DNA of 64,000 bases from an uncultured beta proteobacterium (lineage in GTDB: Bacteria > Pseudomonadota > Gammaproteobacteria > Burkholderiales > Burkholderiaceae_D), in NCBI GenBank assembly GCA_963837775.1, contig CAWIOX010000007.1:57401-121400 (forward strand), in the 5' to 3' direction. Below, piece by piece: positions 10,350-24,794 of the stretch; positions within the stretch are counted from its first letter, which is position 1; the number at the start of each line of letters is the position of its first letter. The notes beneath the pieces were generated by a model, which was not told the DNA's origin, ran no database searches, and saw only the letters and a program-made list of their open reading frames with translations. The position numbers and the translations under genes are program-made.

Positions 10350-11396
10350 ATGCCACATCACACCATCAACACCCTGACCATCACCCGCCCCGACGACTGG
10401 CATCTGCATCTGCGCGACGGCGCGGCGCTGGCGTCCGTGCTGCCGCATACCGCGCGCCAGTTCGGCCGCGCGATCGTGATGCCGAACCTGCGACCGCCGG
10501 TCACCACCGTCGAGCAAGCCGCCGCGTATCGCGCGCGCATCATCGCCGCCTTGCCGCAGGGCATGCAGTTCGAGCCTTTGATGACGCTGTATCTGACCGA
10601 CAACACGCCGCCGGACGAAATCCTGCGCGCTAAAGACAGCGGCTTCATCCACGCGGTCAAGCTGTATCCGGCCGGCGCCACCACCAATTCCGATGCCGGC
10701 GTGACCGATCTGGCCAAGTGCACTAAGACGCTGGAAACCATGCAGGAGATCGGCATGCCGTTCCTGGTGCATGGCGAAGTGACCGATGCCGAGATCGACA
10801 TCTTCGATCGCGAAGCGGTCTTCATCGAGCGCGTGCTGCAACCGCTGCGCCAGGCGATGCCGGCGCTGAAAATCGTGTTCGAGCACATCACCACCAAGGA
10901 CGCCGCGCAATATGTGAGTGAGGCGGACGGCCCGATCGCGGCCACCATCACCGCCCATCATCTGCTGTACAACCGCAACGAGATCTTCAAGGGCGGCATC
11001 CGGCCGCACTACTATTGCCTGCCGGTCCTCAAGCGCGAGGAACACCGCCAGGCGCTGGTCGCGGTCGCCACCAGCGGCGACGAGCGCTTCTTCCTCGGCA
11101 CCGATTCCGCGCCGCACCCGAAAGGCCTGAAAGAGCACGCCTGCGGTTGCGCCGGCTGCTACACCGCGCTGCACGCGATGGAGCTGTATGCGCAAGCGTT
11201 CGACCAGGCCGGCGCGCTCGACAAGCTGGAAGCGTTCGCCAGCTTCAACGGCCCGGCGTTTTACGACTTGCCGCGCAATACGGGAACGGTGACGCTGCAG
11301 CGCGAGAGCTGGACGCTGCCGGCCGAATTGCCGCTGGGCGACGCCACCATCGTGCCGCTGAACGGCGGTGAAAGCATAGACTGGAAACTGCTGTAA
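10350..11396 (+). CDS. pyrC: dihydroorotase (homodimeric type)
   Basis: 348 aa with the [10 protein letters not shown] metal-binding motif, [13 protein letters not shown] and FLGTDSAPH. Confidence 0.92.
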   Translation: MPHHTINTLTITRPDDWHLHLRDGAALASVLPHTARQFGRAIVMPNLRPPVTTVEQAAAYRARIIAALPQGMQFEPLMTLYLTDNTPPDEILRAKDSGFIHAVKLYPAGATTNSDAGVTDLAKCTKTLETMQEIGMPFLVHGEVTDAEIDIFDREAVFIERVLQPLRQAMPALKIVFEHITTKDAAQYVSEADGPIAATITAHHLLYNRNEIFKGGIRPHYYCLPVLKREEHRQALVAVATSGDERFFLGTDSAPHPKGLKEHACGCAGCYTALHAMELYAQAFDQAGALDKLEAFASFNGPAFYDLPRNTGTVTLQRESWTLPAELPLGDATIVPLNGGESIDWKLL

Positions 11397-11435
11397 GACC
11401 GTTAGTCGGGGCGTTTTCCGGATTGTTCCGAGACT

Positions 11436-11472
11436 GAAAAAAGCCCGCCGAAGTCTTGTGACTCGGGCGGGC
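11436..11472 (-). terminator. terminator hairpin downstream of the porin gene (and after pyrC)
   Basis: GCCCGCCGAAGTC-ttgt-GACTCGGGCGGGC with an A-run on the + strand, which is a T-run on the - strand. Confidence 0.6.
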
Positions 11473-11492
11473 GGAATCAATAGCGTGATTGC

Positions 11493-12486
11493 TTAAAACG
11501 AGTGCCGCACGCCAAGGTTGAATGCTTTATCTCCGGTGCCGGTGTCGGTGGCGTTGCCTACCTTGAAAGTCGCACCATTGCTGTTACTGATATGCGCGTA
11601 AGACGAGTACAGATCGGTGCGCTTGGATAGGCTGTAGATGTAGCCGATTGCCCATTGGTTAGCATCCTTGTTGGCCGCAGTCTTGTCGTTATGGCGGATG
11701 TAGGATGCCAGCACCTTGCTGGCGCCAAACGGGACGGTCACACCTGCAATCGCATCATTGCTGTCTGCGGTGCCAGTGCCTTTATTGACGGCATAGCCAA
11801 GACTCGCTTTGGCAAGGCCGAAGTCATAACTGCCTGTCAGCAAGGTATTGCTGGTCTTGTCGGTGGCGGCAGCATTATTCAGTTGATTATGCGCCAGTTT
11901 GACATTCAACGCGTTCTGAACGTAGCCGATCGCGGCGCCGAGATTACGACTCTTTGCGCTGTCGCCGGCAACTTCCCCGAAGCCATAGGCGGCATCTGCG
12001 GAAAAACTACCGAATGATGGTGTCACGTATTCAATCATGTTATTGACGCGGGTGTTGGTTGCCATGAGGTTGCCAGCTCTCCCGGCCAGACCGGCAGCGA
12101 ACGGGTCAGCCACGTCGCGCAGCACCTTGTAATAAGGAGAGTATTGACGGCCGAGGGTGACCGCACCGACATTGCCGGACAAGCCGACGTATGCCTGGCG
12201 GCCAAACAACAAGCCGCTTTGCCCTGCGACGCCGGTGTCGGGATTGAAGCCGTTCTCGATGACGAAATTGGCAGACAAGCCCGCCGCCAAGATCCTCTTT
12301 GCCCTTGAACCCGAGGCGGGAGCCGGATGCGATGCCGCCACTCAGATTGTTGACGCTGCCTGTGCCGCCGCCGCTTTCGTGCACCAGGCCGGCATCGACG
12401 ATGCCGTAGATGCTGACACTTGACTGAGCAAAAACTGCTCCGGAGGAAAGGCCGATCAGTGTAATGGCGATCGATGATTTTTTCAT
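11493..12486 (-). pseudogene. OmpC-like general porin, one frameshift near 12290-12310
   Basis: ORF 12106..12486 gives the signal peptide plus SVSIYGIVDAGL...GSRLGFKGKEDLGGGL. ORF 11493..12341 continues SANFVIENGF...GRQAYVGL...LGVRHSF with a C-terminal Phe. An AGGAGA RBS precedes the start. Confidence 0.85.
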
Positions 12487-12634
12487 ATGATGTCTCCTGG
12501 TGGTTGATTGATTTTTTAGGTATTGCTGATGCGCTGGACGAACGAATCCCTGGTTCGTCCAAAGCGAACTTCACACTGCGTGATGCTGGTTTTTACTGCG
12601 GAAGTCCGGGCATTGCTGCCCGGATTGGTTTGGA

Positions 12635-14003
12635 TTATTTTTTGATCACTTTCTGGTCTATCCTGCGCAGCACGCGGTCGACCATCACGCCGGCCTGGCC
12701 GAGGTAGTTCGCCGGGTCGCACAATTTGGCCAGCGCGGCGCGGTCGATGTGTTGGGTAATTTCGGCGTGCTCGGCCAGCAGGTCGAGCAGCGGGCGATTC
12801 TCCTTGATCGCCTCGCGGCAGATGTCGTAGACGAGGTCGTGCGCATATTCGCGGCCGATGTACGGGCCGAGCCCCATCATCACCGCCTCCGACATCACCA
12901 GCCCGTTGGTCATGTCGATGTTGGCGCGCATCTGCGCTGGTCATCGACTTCCAGCCCCTCGAGCACGAAGCGCGTCTGCTTCAGCGCGCCCGCCATCAGG
13001 CAGAACATCTCCGGCAGCACGATCCATTCGATCTCCCACGGGCCGGTCGAGCGTTCGTGGTCGGCGATCATCGCGTCCATCAGCGCGGCCGCGTGCTGGC
13101 GCACCACCTGATACTGCGCGTGGATGTAGCAGGACGAGATCGGGTTGCGCTTTTGCGGCATCGTGCTGCTCGAGCCGCGGCCGTGCGCGAACGGCTCGAA
13201 CACCTCGCCCACTTCGGTCTGCATCATCAGCTTCACGTCCATCGACGATCTTGCCGAGCGTGCCGCCGACGAGGCCCAGGAAGCAGCCGACTTCGGCGAT
13301 GTTGTCGCGCACCGTATGCCACGCGATCTCCGGCTGGCCGAGGCCGAGCTCCTCCATCAGGCCGGCCTGCGTTTCCATGGCCGCCGATTTCGAGCGACGC
13401 CAGCGTGCCGCACGCGCCGCCGAATTCGCCGACCAGCACGCGCGGCCGCAGCTGCTGCCAGCCGCTCGCGATGGCGCTCGACGGCGCAGGAGGCCGGCCA
13501 TCTTGTAGCCGAAGGTGATCGGCATCGCCTGCTGCAGGTTGCTGCGGCCGATGACCGGCGTGTCGCGATAGCGCCGGGCGAGCTCGGCCAGCGCAGCCGG
13601 AGATCGCCGCCAGGTCGCTGTCGACGATCGCCAGCGCCTTCGCGGATCTGCAGCACGGTCGCGGTGTCGGTGATGTCCTGCGTGGTGGCGCCCCAGTGGC
13701 AGTATTCGCCCAGCTTGTCGCGGCACAGCGCGTTGAGCTGCGAGACCACGCCGAGGATCGGGTAGCCGATGCGCTCGGTCTGCTCGGCCAGCTTGTCCAT
13801 GTCGATCTTGTCGATGTCGCAGTTGCTCACGATCTCGTCGGCGGCTTCTGCGGGATGATGCCGAGGCGGCCCTGGACGATGGCCAGCGCGCGCTCGATGT
13901 CGAGGTACTTTGCGCGTGCGGTTCTCGTCGGACCAGACGTGGCGCATCGCGTCGGTGCTGAAGATGTTGCCGAAGATGCGGAGTCGATGATGGTTGCGGC
14001 CAT
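12635..14003 (-). pseudogene. class-II fumarate-lyase superfamily enzyme (adenylosuccinate lyase / 3-carboxymuconate cycloisomerase-like), at least 6 frameshifts
   Basis: Fragments across three frames join up: MAATIIDS..MRHVWSDENRTRK..YLDIERALAIVQGRLGIIP..WGATTQDITDTA..GRSNLQQAMPITFG.., then the family signature GSSSTMPQKRNP, then ..LCDPANYLGQAG. Confidence 0.8.
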
Positions 14004-14007
14004 GATG

Positions 14008-14907
14008 CTATCTCCTGATGTTAGGTTGATGATCGAGTGTGTCACTGTAAATCGGCTGAGCGATCAGGCCGGCATGCCGTTCGAGAATGGCCTGGGCCTT
14101 CAGCATCACCGGCCGGTCGACCATCCTGCCGTCGACCTGGACCGCGCCCGTTCCGCGCCTCGGCGGCGGCAAGCACGCGCTGCGCCCACGTCGATCTCGT
14201 CGGCGCTGGGCGCCAGCGCGCGTGCAGACGGCGGCGACCTGCCGCGGGTGGATGCACAGCTTGGCGCCGAAGCCGAAGGCGCGCGCGAACGCCGAGGTCG
14301 GCCAGCAGCGCTGCTCGTCGTCAGATGCGGCGTGACGCCGGCGATCGGCGACGCCAGTCCGGCCGCGCGCGAGGCGAGCGCGATGCGGCCGCCGGGTAGA
14401 TCAGCCCGCGCTCGTCGCCCGACAGGTCGAGGTCGACGCCGTAGTCGAGCGTGCCGAAGGCCAGGCGCTGCACGCCGCGGCGCGCGGCGATGGCGTCGCA
14501 CGTTGAGCACGCCGCGCGCGATCTCGATCAGCGGCAGCACGCGTCCGTCTGGCGGCAAGCGCCGCCATGCACGCGGTCGATCTGGCCGGCGGCTTCCGCC
14601 TTGGGCAGCATCACGCGCGCGGATGCCGGCGCTGCGCAGCAGCGCCAGGTCGGCGTCGAACCAGGGCGTGGCCGCATCGTTGATGCGCACCACCGATGCG
14701 CTCGGCCAGCTCGTGCTGCGACGCGCATCCATTCGCCGATGCGCTGCGCGCGCTGCGCCTTGTCGCGCGGCGCCACCGCATCCTCGAGATCGAGGATCAC
14801 GGCGTCGGCGCCCGACGGCCAGCGCCTTGTCGAAGCGCTCGGGCCGGTTGCCGGGCACGAACAGGTAGGCTGACCGGCAGCATCGTCGGCATGCTGGCGG
14901 CGTTCAT
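14008..14907 (-). pseudogene. CitE-like (HpcH/HpaI) acyl-CoA lyase, e.g. citramalyl/malyl-CoA lyase type, multiple frameshifts
   Basis: Fragments include LFVPGNRPERFDKALA, ADAVILDLEDAVAP, RINDAATPWFDADLALL, MLPKAEAAGQI, LIEIARGVLN and VDRPVMLKAQAILE. Confidence 0.75.
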
Positions 14908-16090
14908 AGTCGCCTTCTCGGCGCGCAGTCGCGCGATGCGCTCGGTCGAGTAGCCCGAGGCGGCCGAGGATCGCGTCGGTATGCTCGCCCAGCGCGGGCA
15001 CGCATCCATGCGCGGCTCGCCTCTCCTCCCACGAGCCGGGCGGCAGCAGCGCGGGCACCGGGCCGGCCGGCGTATCGACTTCGCGCCAGCGGTTGCGCGC
15101 CTGCAGCTGCGGATGCTCCCACACGTCGTGCATGTGTTGACCTGCGCGTTGGCGATCTGCGCCTCGTCGAGCCGCGCTGACCACCTGCTCGGCGGTCAGC
15201 GCGGCGAAGGCGTCGACGATGAGCGCGCGCAACTCGTCGCGCGCGGCGCTGCGCTTCGAGTTGGTGGCGAAGCGCTCGTCGGTGGCCAGCTCGGGCTGCA
15301 GCAGCACCTTGCTCGCAGAACACCGCCCACTCGCGCTCGTTCTGCAGGCCCAGCATCACCACCTTGCCGTCGCCGGCCGGGAACGGGCCGTACGGATAGA
15401 TCGTCGCGTGGCTCGCGCCGGTGCGCGGCGGCGGCGCGGCGCCGTCGAACGCGTAGTACAGCGGATAGTTCATCCACTCGACCAGCGATTCGAGCATCGA
15501 GATGTCGATGTGCTGGCCGCGGCCGGTCTGCTGCGCGATGCATCAGCGCCGCGAGGATGTTGTGTAGGCGTACATGCCGGCGGCGATGTCGGCGATCGAC
15601 GGCCCGGCCTTCGACGGCTCCTCCTCGGTGCCGGTGACCGACACAAATCCCGATTCGCTCTGGATCAGCAGGTCGTAGGCCTTCTTGTCGCGGTACGGGC
15701 CGTCGTTGCCGTAGCCGGAAATGTCGCAGACGATGATGCCGGGCTTCTCCGCCGCCAGCGCCTCGTACGACAAGCCCGAGGCGCGCCGCCGCGCCGGGCG
15801 CCAGGTTCTGCACGACGACGTCGGCTTGCTTCGCAGGATCAGCCGCTTCAGGATCGCCTGCGCTTCCGGATGCTTGACGTCGAGCGTCAGGCTTTCCTTG
15901 GAGCGGTTGGTCCAGACGAAATGCGAGGCGAGGCCGCGCACGCGCTCGTCGTAGCCGCGCGCAAAGTCGCCGACGCCGGGGCGCTCGATCTTGATGACCC
16001 GCGCGCCGAGATCGGCGAGCTGGCGCGTGGCGAACGGCGCGGCGATCGCGTGCTCCAGCGTGACGACGGTGATGCCTTCAGGGGTCTCAT
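14905..16090 (-). pseudogene. family III (CaiB/BaiF) CoA-transferase, multiple frameshifts
   Basis: Fragments include [88 protein letters not shown] and ALGEHTDAILGRLGYS. An AGGAGA RBS is present. Confidence 0.8.
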
Positions 16091-16109
16091 GGCGTGTCTC
16101 CTGATCGAC

Positions 16110-16954
16110 TCAACGACATCGCGTGGCGTCCATCGTCAGCCAGCCTTCGTGGTCCCTCGCCCACAGCCGGACCGTCTTGCCGTCCGGCTGCGGCTCGCCG
16201 CAGACGAAGAAGGGGTTGATGTCGAACACCGGGCGCACCGCCCGGAATTCGTAGCGCGCACGTCCGCGTCCGGCAGCTGCGTGGCGCAGCAGGTCGAGCA
16301 GCAGCGTCGCGATCAGCGGGCCGTGCACGATCAGGCCCGGATAGCCTTCGACCTCGGTCACGTAGCGGCGGTCGTAGTGGATGCGGTGGCCGTTGAAGGT
16401 CAGCGCCGAGTAGCGAAACAGCAGCACGTCGTCGGGCACCGACTTGCGCTCCCAGGCCGCTGCCGGCGGGCGCGGCCTTGCGGCGGCGGCGCCACGTCGT
16501 CCGGCTTCGCCGCCTCGCGGTAGACGATGTCGTGGAACTCGGTCAGCGCGACGTCCGCTTCGCCGTTGCGGCGGATCTCGTGGCGCACCTTGACGAACAC
16601 CAGCGGGCCGGTGCGGCCCGCTCTTTTCCGTCACGTCGTGCGATCGTCGAGGTGCGCGTCAGCGCGTCGCCGACGCGCAGCGGCTGGTGGAACTCGAACT
16701 GGCTGCCCGCCCACATGCGCCGCGGCAGCGGCACCGGCGGCAGGAAGCCGCCGCGCTTCGCGTGGCCGTCCGGGCCGATCTCCGACTGCCGGTGCAGCGG
16801 CAGGAAATAGAGCCAGTGCCACAGCGCCGGCAGCGGCGTCCCGGCGCGGCCGCTCGGCTGGCCGGTCGAGCGTCGCCGACAGCGCCGCGTAGGGCGTCGC
16901 CGTAACCACGTCGGAAACGGACTCGCTTTTGCCTATCCATTGCTTCAAGTTCAT
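16110..16954 (-). pseudogene. MaoC/hotdog-fold (itaconyl- or mesaconyl-CoA hydratase-like) enoyl-CoA hydratase, multiple frameshifts
   Basis: Fragments include MNLKQWIGKSESVSDVVT, LPRRMWAGSQFEFHQPLRVGDALTRTSTI, VFVKVRHEIRRNGEADVALTEFHDIVYR and LLFRYSALTFNGHRIHYDRRYVTEVEGYPGLIVHGPL. Confidence 0.75.
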
Positions 16955-17103
16955 GATTTTATCGACGGTTGTTGTTCATTCCAGAGCGCCTCCGGCGACG
17001 ATCCCGTTACCGATACTCGGGCCGGAAATTTTCTTGCCATAGACAGAGTTTCGCGCTAAGGTATTGATTTGTATATTGCAAATTTTCTTTTGATTGATGC
17101 GCC

Positions 17104-18030
17104 ATGAACATGAATTTTGACCTTGCAGATCTGCGTGCCTTCGTCGCAGTAGCGGAACTCAACAGCTTTCGCGCGGCGGCCGAATCGATCCATCTGTCGC
17201 AGCCGGCGCTGAGCCGGCGCGTCGAAAAGCTTGAATCCGCGCTCGGTGTCAGGCTGTTCGAACGCACTACGCGCAGCGTCAGCCTGACGGCGGTCGGGCG
17301 GGATTTTTCGCGCAAGGCGCGCTCGCTGCTGGACGATCTGGAAAACTCACTGCTCAGCATGCACGCAGATAGCAGCGTCGCAATTGGGCGAAGTGGTGAT
17401 TGCCTGCATACCGTCGGCGGTCTACTACTTCTTGCCGAAGGTGCTGCGGGATTACCACGAGCAATACCCGCGGATAAGGGTGCGGATCATCGACGATAGT
17501 GCCAATGCGGTGCTGGAAATCGTGGCGCGTGGCGAGGCGGATTTCGGCATCAATATCATCGGCATCCAGGAGCCGGAGATCGAGTTCAAGGTGATTCTGA
17601 AGGAGCCTTTCGTGCTGCATGCCGGCGCGACCATCCGCTCGCAGGCCAAGCGCAAAGTCACCTGGGCCGAACTGGGTCAATATGATTTCATGACGGTCGA
17701 CAAGAGCACCGGCAATAGGCTGCTGGTCGATCTGGCACTAGCCAATACGAATATGAGGCCGAGCTGGTGCTTCGAGGCGAAGCATATGTCGACTTGCTGG
17801 GTTTGGTGGAGGCAGGACTGGGAGTGGCGCGGTCCCTCGTCTGTCGATGCCGCAGGGTGAGCATGCGACGCTGGCGATGGTGGAACTGGTGGAGCCGACG
17901 TGGAACGGACGTAGGCCTGATACGCCGGCGCGGCCGCGAATTGACGCCAGCGGCACGCAAATTATACGAGTTGATCGAAAAAACCTGGCCGCGGCAATGC
18001 GGCAATAATCATAGCCGCGATTCTCCGTAA
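17104..18030 (+). pseudogene. LysR-family regulator divergent from the CoA cluster, at least 3 frameshifts
   Basis: The HTH FRAAAESIHLSQPALSRRVEKLE lies in ORF 17104..17499. The body is in 17384..17860 and the tail (LLGLVEAGLGVA...ARKLYELI) in 17767..18030. Confidence 0.8.
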
Positions 18031-18062
18031 GTCAGACAAAGGGCGGCGCAGCACTCAGACGA

Positions 18063-19373
18063 CTACTCTGAGTATATTCTGCTGAAGAGATGCTTCTTCA
18101 ATTTCATGCATCCTTGGACTTCTTCAACCTCGACGAATCCTTGATTCAGTTCGCGACTGAGCATAGTGCGATCGCAAGCGCCCTCCCACAAAGATACCAC
18201 CACGGTGGCAACCGCATTGCTGACCAAGCTGGTAAGCGCACGGCTTCGGACATGAAGCGGTCGATGCCGACAATTAACGCCACGCCGGCGACTGGGATTT
18301 CCGGCATGACGGTCAGGGTAGCGACCAGCGCGACAAACCCGCTTCCGGTAACGCCGCAGCACCCTTGGAAGTGAGCAGCATGACGGCGAGCATCGCGAGA
18401 ATCTGGCCGATCGATAAGTGGATATAGCACGCCTGTGCAATGAAAACCGTGCCAGCGTAGATAGATCGCGCTGCCGTCAAGGTTGAACGAATATCCCATC
18501 GGCAGAACCAGGCCCGAAACACTCTTTTTGCAACCGAGCTGTTCCAGCTTCATCAGCATGCGCGGCAACACAGGCTCGGTAGACGAGGTGCCGAGCACAA
18601 CGATCAGCTCTCCTTGAAGTAGCGCAGTATCTTCAACAGACTGAATCCATGCAGCCGGGACAGAGTACCAAGAATGACCAACACAAAGAACAGGCAGGCG
18701 GCGTAAAAAGTAGCAATCAGCAAGCCGAGGGAGCTGATGGATTGGATGCCGTATTTACCTACGGTGAAAGCCATGGAGCCGAAAGCGCCCAACGGCGCCA
18801 GTTTCATCAAGAAGCCGAACACGGTGAACAGAACGTGCGAGAAGGATTCGATCCACAAGGAGAGGCTTGACGATCGCGCCAGTGCGTGTGAGTCCGAACC
18901 GATCAGTATGGCGAGCAAAAGGACCGGCAAGACTTCGCTTCGGCAAAGGCGCCGAAGAAGGAATCGGGATGATATGCATGAGGAACGAGACGAACCTGGC
19001 GCGCGGTCTTGACGTATTTGCTGCGACCGATGGGTCAAGCAGCGCAGGATTCACATGCATGCCGACGCGGGCTGAATCAGATAGACAGCCGCCAGCCAGT
19101 GATCAGCGCGATGAAGTAAAAGATAAAACAGGCCATGCCTTGACCATCGTCTGACGACCTCTTCAAATCGCTCATTTTTGCAGCGAAGCGTGATCGTGCA
19201 AAAGACGATCGGTGCGATCATCATTTGATGAATTTGACGAAGCATCGCGAGCGGTTTCAGTGAGGAGTAAATGGGTTAGAAATGGAGAGCAATGTGCGCT
19301 AAGCAATAAATATTGGAAATATAGCGATTTGTAATAGGGGTTTGCTTTTATTTTGTTTAAAACTATTTTCCAT
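18063..19373 (-). pseudogene. dctA: C4-dicarboxylate:cation symporter DctA, many frameshifts
   Basis: Fragments are collinear with E. coli DctA: [79 protein letters not shown] and [13 protein letters not shown]. The N-terminus and start codon are uncertain. Confidence 0.75.
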
Positions 19374-19457
19374 ATACCCAAACCCCCATTAATATGGTCT
19401 GTCCGGTGGGCGTGGCAGCAAATCTGTCGGGCCCACGAAAGAAAATATTATGGATGG

Positions 19458-19517
<60 letters not shown>

Positions 19518-19535
19518 GTAAGCATAGCCCAATGA

Positions 19536-21661
<2,126 letters not shown>

Positions 21662-21734
21662 CAGGCCTGAGCAGGAAATAATCATCACGCGTGGACAATG
21701 CCGGCGCCGCTTTTATATCGACCAGGATCCAACC

Positions 21735-22413
21735 ATGAAATTTCTTGATCACCTGGAAGAATGGATCATCACCTTCCTCATGGGCGCTGCGACGCTGATC
21801 ATCTTTCGTGGCGGTCGTTCACCGCTACGGCTCGGGCTTGCCGATCCCGGGCCTGCAGGACTGGCTGCTGCCGCTCAACATGAGCTGGGCGCAGGAACTG
21901 TCCATCATCATGTTCGTCTGGATGGCCAAGTTCGGCGCCGCCTACGGCGTGCGCACCGGCATCCACGTCGGCGTCGATGTGCTGATCAACCGGCTGAACG
22001 ACAAGATGCGCGCCAAGTTCATCGTCTTCGGCCTGCTGCGCCGGCGCCCTCTTTACCGGCATCGTCGCCACGCTGGGTGCCGCGCTTTGTCTGGGAACGG
22101 CACTATGCGTTTCCATGCTGGGCATGTCAGGACCTCCGAGGCCGACCACCCGGACCTGGAATGGCCGACCTGGATCGTCTATCTGCGCCATTCCGCTGGG
22201 CTCCTCCCTGATGTGTTTCCGCTTTCTGCAGGTGACTGGAGCTTTCTGAAGACCGGCGAACTGCCGCACCACGACCACGGCCATGTCGATGGCCTCGAGG
22301 AGGATGAGACGCCGGTCGATCTGAACTGGTATGAAGCCGACGACGACTGCCACCTGCACGACCTGATCCACAAGAAACTCGGCGCCGATGGCCAGAAGGG
22401 TATGCACCAATGA
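21735..22413 (+). pseudogene. dctQ: TRAP transporter small permease DctQ, frameshifted
   Basis: MKFLDHLEEWIITFLMGAATLIIF plus WAQELSIIMFVWMAKFGAAYGVRTGIHVGVDVL plus a C-terminal tail, in different frames. Confidence 0.7.
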
Positions 22414-23696
22414 ATGCCGCCATCATCTTCGTCCTGCTGCTGGCCTGATGCTGACCGGCATGCCGATCTCGATCTCGCTCGGCCTGACCGTGCTCTCCTT
22501 CCTGTTTACCATTACCGAGGTGCCGCTGGAATCGGTGGCGATGAAGCTGTTCACCGGCATCGAGAAGTTCGAGATCATGGCGATTCCGTTCTTCATCCTG
22601 GCCGGCAACTTCCTGACCCACGGCGGGGTGGCCCGGCGCATGATCAACTTTGCCTCCTGCATGGTCGGCCACTGGCATGGCGGCCTGGGCTTGGCCGGCG
22701 GTCATGGCCTGCGCCCTGTTTGCCGCCGTGTCCGGCTCCAGCCCGGCCACCGTGGTGGCGATCGGCTCGATCCTGCTGCCGGCCATGGTCAAGGCCGGGC
22801 TTCCCGAAGAGCTTCGGCGCCGGTGTCATCACCACCTCGGGCTCGCTGGGCATCCTGATTCCGCCCTCGATCGTCGATGGTGATGTATCGGTCGCGACCA
22901 ACACCTCGGTCGGCGCCCTGTTCATGGCCGGCGTGGTGCCCGGCCTGATGCTGGCCACGCTGCTGGGCGGCGTCACCTGGTATCGCGCCAGGAAGTTCAA
23001 CTATCCGCGCCTGCCGAAGGCCACCTGGGCCGAACGCTGGCAAGGCCTTTCGCGAAAGCGTCTGGGGCCTGCTGCTGATCGTGATCGTGATGGGCGGCAT
23101 CTACAGCGGCATGTTCACCCCGACCGAAGCGGCGGCCATGAGTGCGGTCTATGCCTTCTTTGTGGCGGTGTTCGTCTACAAGGACATGAACCTCAAGGAC
23201 GTCCCGAAGGTGCTGCTCAACTCGGCCAACATGTCGGCCATGCTGCTCTACATCATCACCAACGCCGTGCTGTTCTCCTTCATCATGACCAACGAGCAAC
23301 ATCCCGCAGGCGCTGGCCGACTGGATGCTGGGCCATGGCCTGGGCATGATCACCTTCCTGCTGGCGGTCAACGTCATGCTGCTGCTGGCCGGCAACTTCA
23401 TGGAGCCGTCCTCCATCATCCTGATCCTCGCGCCGATCCTGTTCCCGGTGGCGATGAAGCTGGGCATCGACCCGGTCCACTTCGGCATCATGATGGTGGT
23501 GAACATGGAAGTCGGCATGTGCCATCCGCCGGTGGGCCTGAACCTGTACGTGGCCAGCGGCATCACCAAGATGGGCATCACCGAACTGACGGTGGCGGTC
23601 TGGCCGTGGCTGCTGTCGATGCTGGTGTTCCTGGGCTGGTGACTTACTGTGCCCGCCATCTCCTTGTTCCTGCCCAGGATATTGGGGATGTTGTAG
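22410..23696 (+). pseudogene. dctM: TRAP transporter large permease DctM, multiple frameshifts
   Basis: Fragments include MLTGMPISISLGLTVLSF, FTGIEKFEIMAIPFFILAGNFLTHGG, SGSSPATVVAIGSILLPAMVKAG, ITTSGSLGILIPPSI and GIDPVHFGIMMVVNMEVGMCHPPVGLNLYV. The tail VPAISLFLPRILGML-stop is in another frame. Confidence 0.8.
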
Positions 23697-23731
23697 GGTT
23701 GGACAGCCTGCTCAGGCTGGCAACAAGCAGG

Positions 23732-23755
23732 GCGGCTCCCTCGGGAGCCGCTTTT
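23732..23755 (+). terminator. hairpin after dctM
   Basis: GCGGCTCCC-tc-GGGAGCCGC followed by TTTT. Confidence 0.5.
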
Positions 23756-23789
23756 ATCGGTTAACACGACCAGTGACCAGGGGCTAGCA

Positions 23790-24716
23790 ATGGAACTTCG
23801 ACAGCTGCGTTATTTTGTCCGGATTGTTGAGCTCGGCAGCATGGGACGTGCTGCCCTTGAGCTGGGGGTCGTCACTTCGGCCTTGAGTCAGCAGATCAGT
23901 CGGCTTGAAAGCGAGCTGTCAACGCGCTTATTGCAGCGTTCTTCCAGCGGCGTGGTACCGACCGATGCCGGGCTGGCATTTTGGCGCCAGGCACAGCTTG
24001 CGATTCGGCATGCGGACGACGCGGTACGCGCAGCACGTCTGGCACGACTATCCGGTCATGTCTCGGTCGGCATGGCGCCGAGTACCGCGGCCGTCATGGG
24101 CTTGCCTTTTATGGCGGCAATGCGTGCACGCTACCCGGACGTACGGGTGCGCATGATCGAAAACCTGTCCGGCAACCTCGCATCCATGATCGGTTCACGG
24201 CAGCTGGATCTGGCGATCTTGTTCAATGCTGAAAGAGCCAGGAACTGGAGTTTGCTGCCGCTGCTTGAGGAAAAATTGTTCCTGATGGGCGCGCGCGGTC
24301 TTTCCGGATTGCCCGCGGCGGACAAGATCGGCCTCGAGCAATTGGGCAATTTGCCTTTGATACTGCCAAGCGCCTCACATGGGCTGCGTGCCATGCTCGA
24401 CACCGCCTGCTCACATCTTCGCTGCGAACTGAACATTGCGTCAGAAATCGACGGCCTGGCCATGTTGATGGATGCAGTGCGTGCAGGTTACGGCGCAACG
24501 ATCCAGCCTGGCGCGGCGATTGCACGACTGGTCGGCGAGCCGCTCGTCATGATTGAGATCGCTGACCCCACGGTTCACAGGACCAATCTGTTGGTGAGCC
24601 TGTCGGACGATGAACTCTCTCCGGCAGGACTCGCTGCCCGCGTCGTTCTCAACGATGTCGCGCGTTCGCTCGTCAAAGAGGGACGTTGGCTGGGGGCGAC
24701 CCTTCACGAACACTGA
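23790..24716 (+). CDS. LysR-family regulator upstream of tcuAB (TcuR-like by position)
   Basis: Intact 308-aa ORF with the HTH MGRAALELGVVTSALSQQISRLE. Confidence 0.85.
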   Translation: MELRQLRYFVRIVELGSMGRAALELGVVTSALSQQISRLESELSTRLLQRSSSGVVPTDAGLAFWRQAQLAIRHADDAVRAARLARLSGHVSVGMAPSTAAVMGLPFMAAMRARYPDVRVRMIENLSGNLASMIGSRQLDLAILFNAERARNWSLLPLLEEKLFLMGARGLSGLPAADKIGLEQLGNLPLILPSASHGLRAMLDTACSHLRCELNIASEIDGLAMLMDAVRAGYGATIQPGAAIARLVGEPLVMIEIADPTVHRTNLLVSLSDDELSPAGLAARVVLNDVARSLVKEGRWLGATLHEH

Positions 24717-24794
24717 AGACCTCTTGCCATATACGGTCTGGCGTCAGTCATTGATGCTGCGTACAGTTTCACTATCAACCTGGAGGCAATGCAG

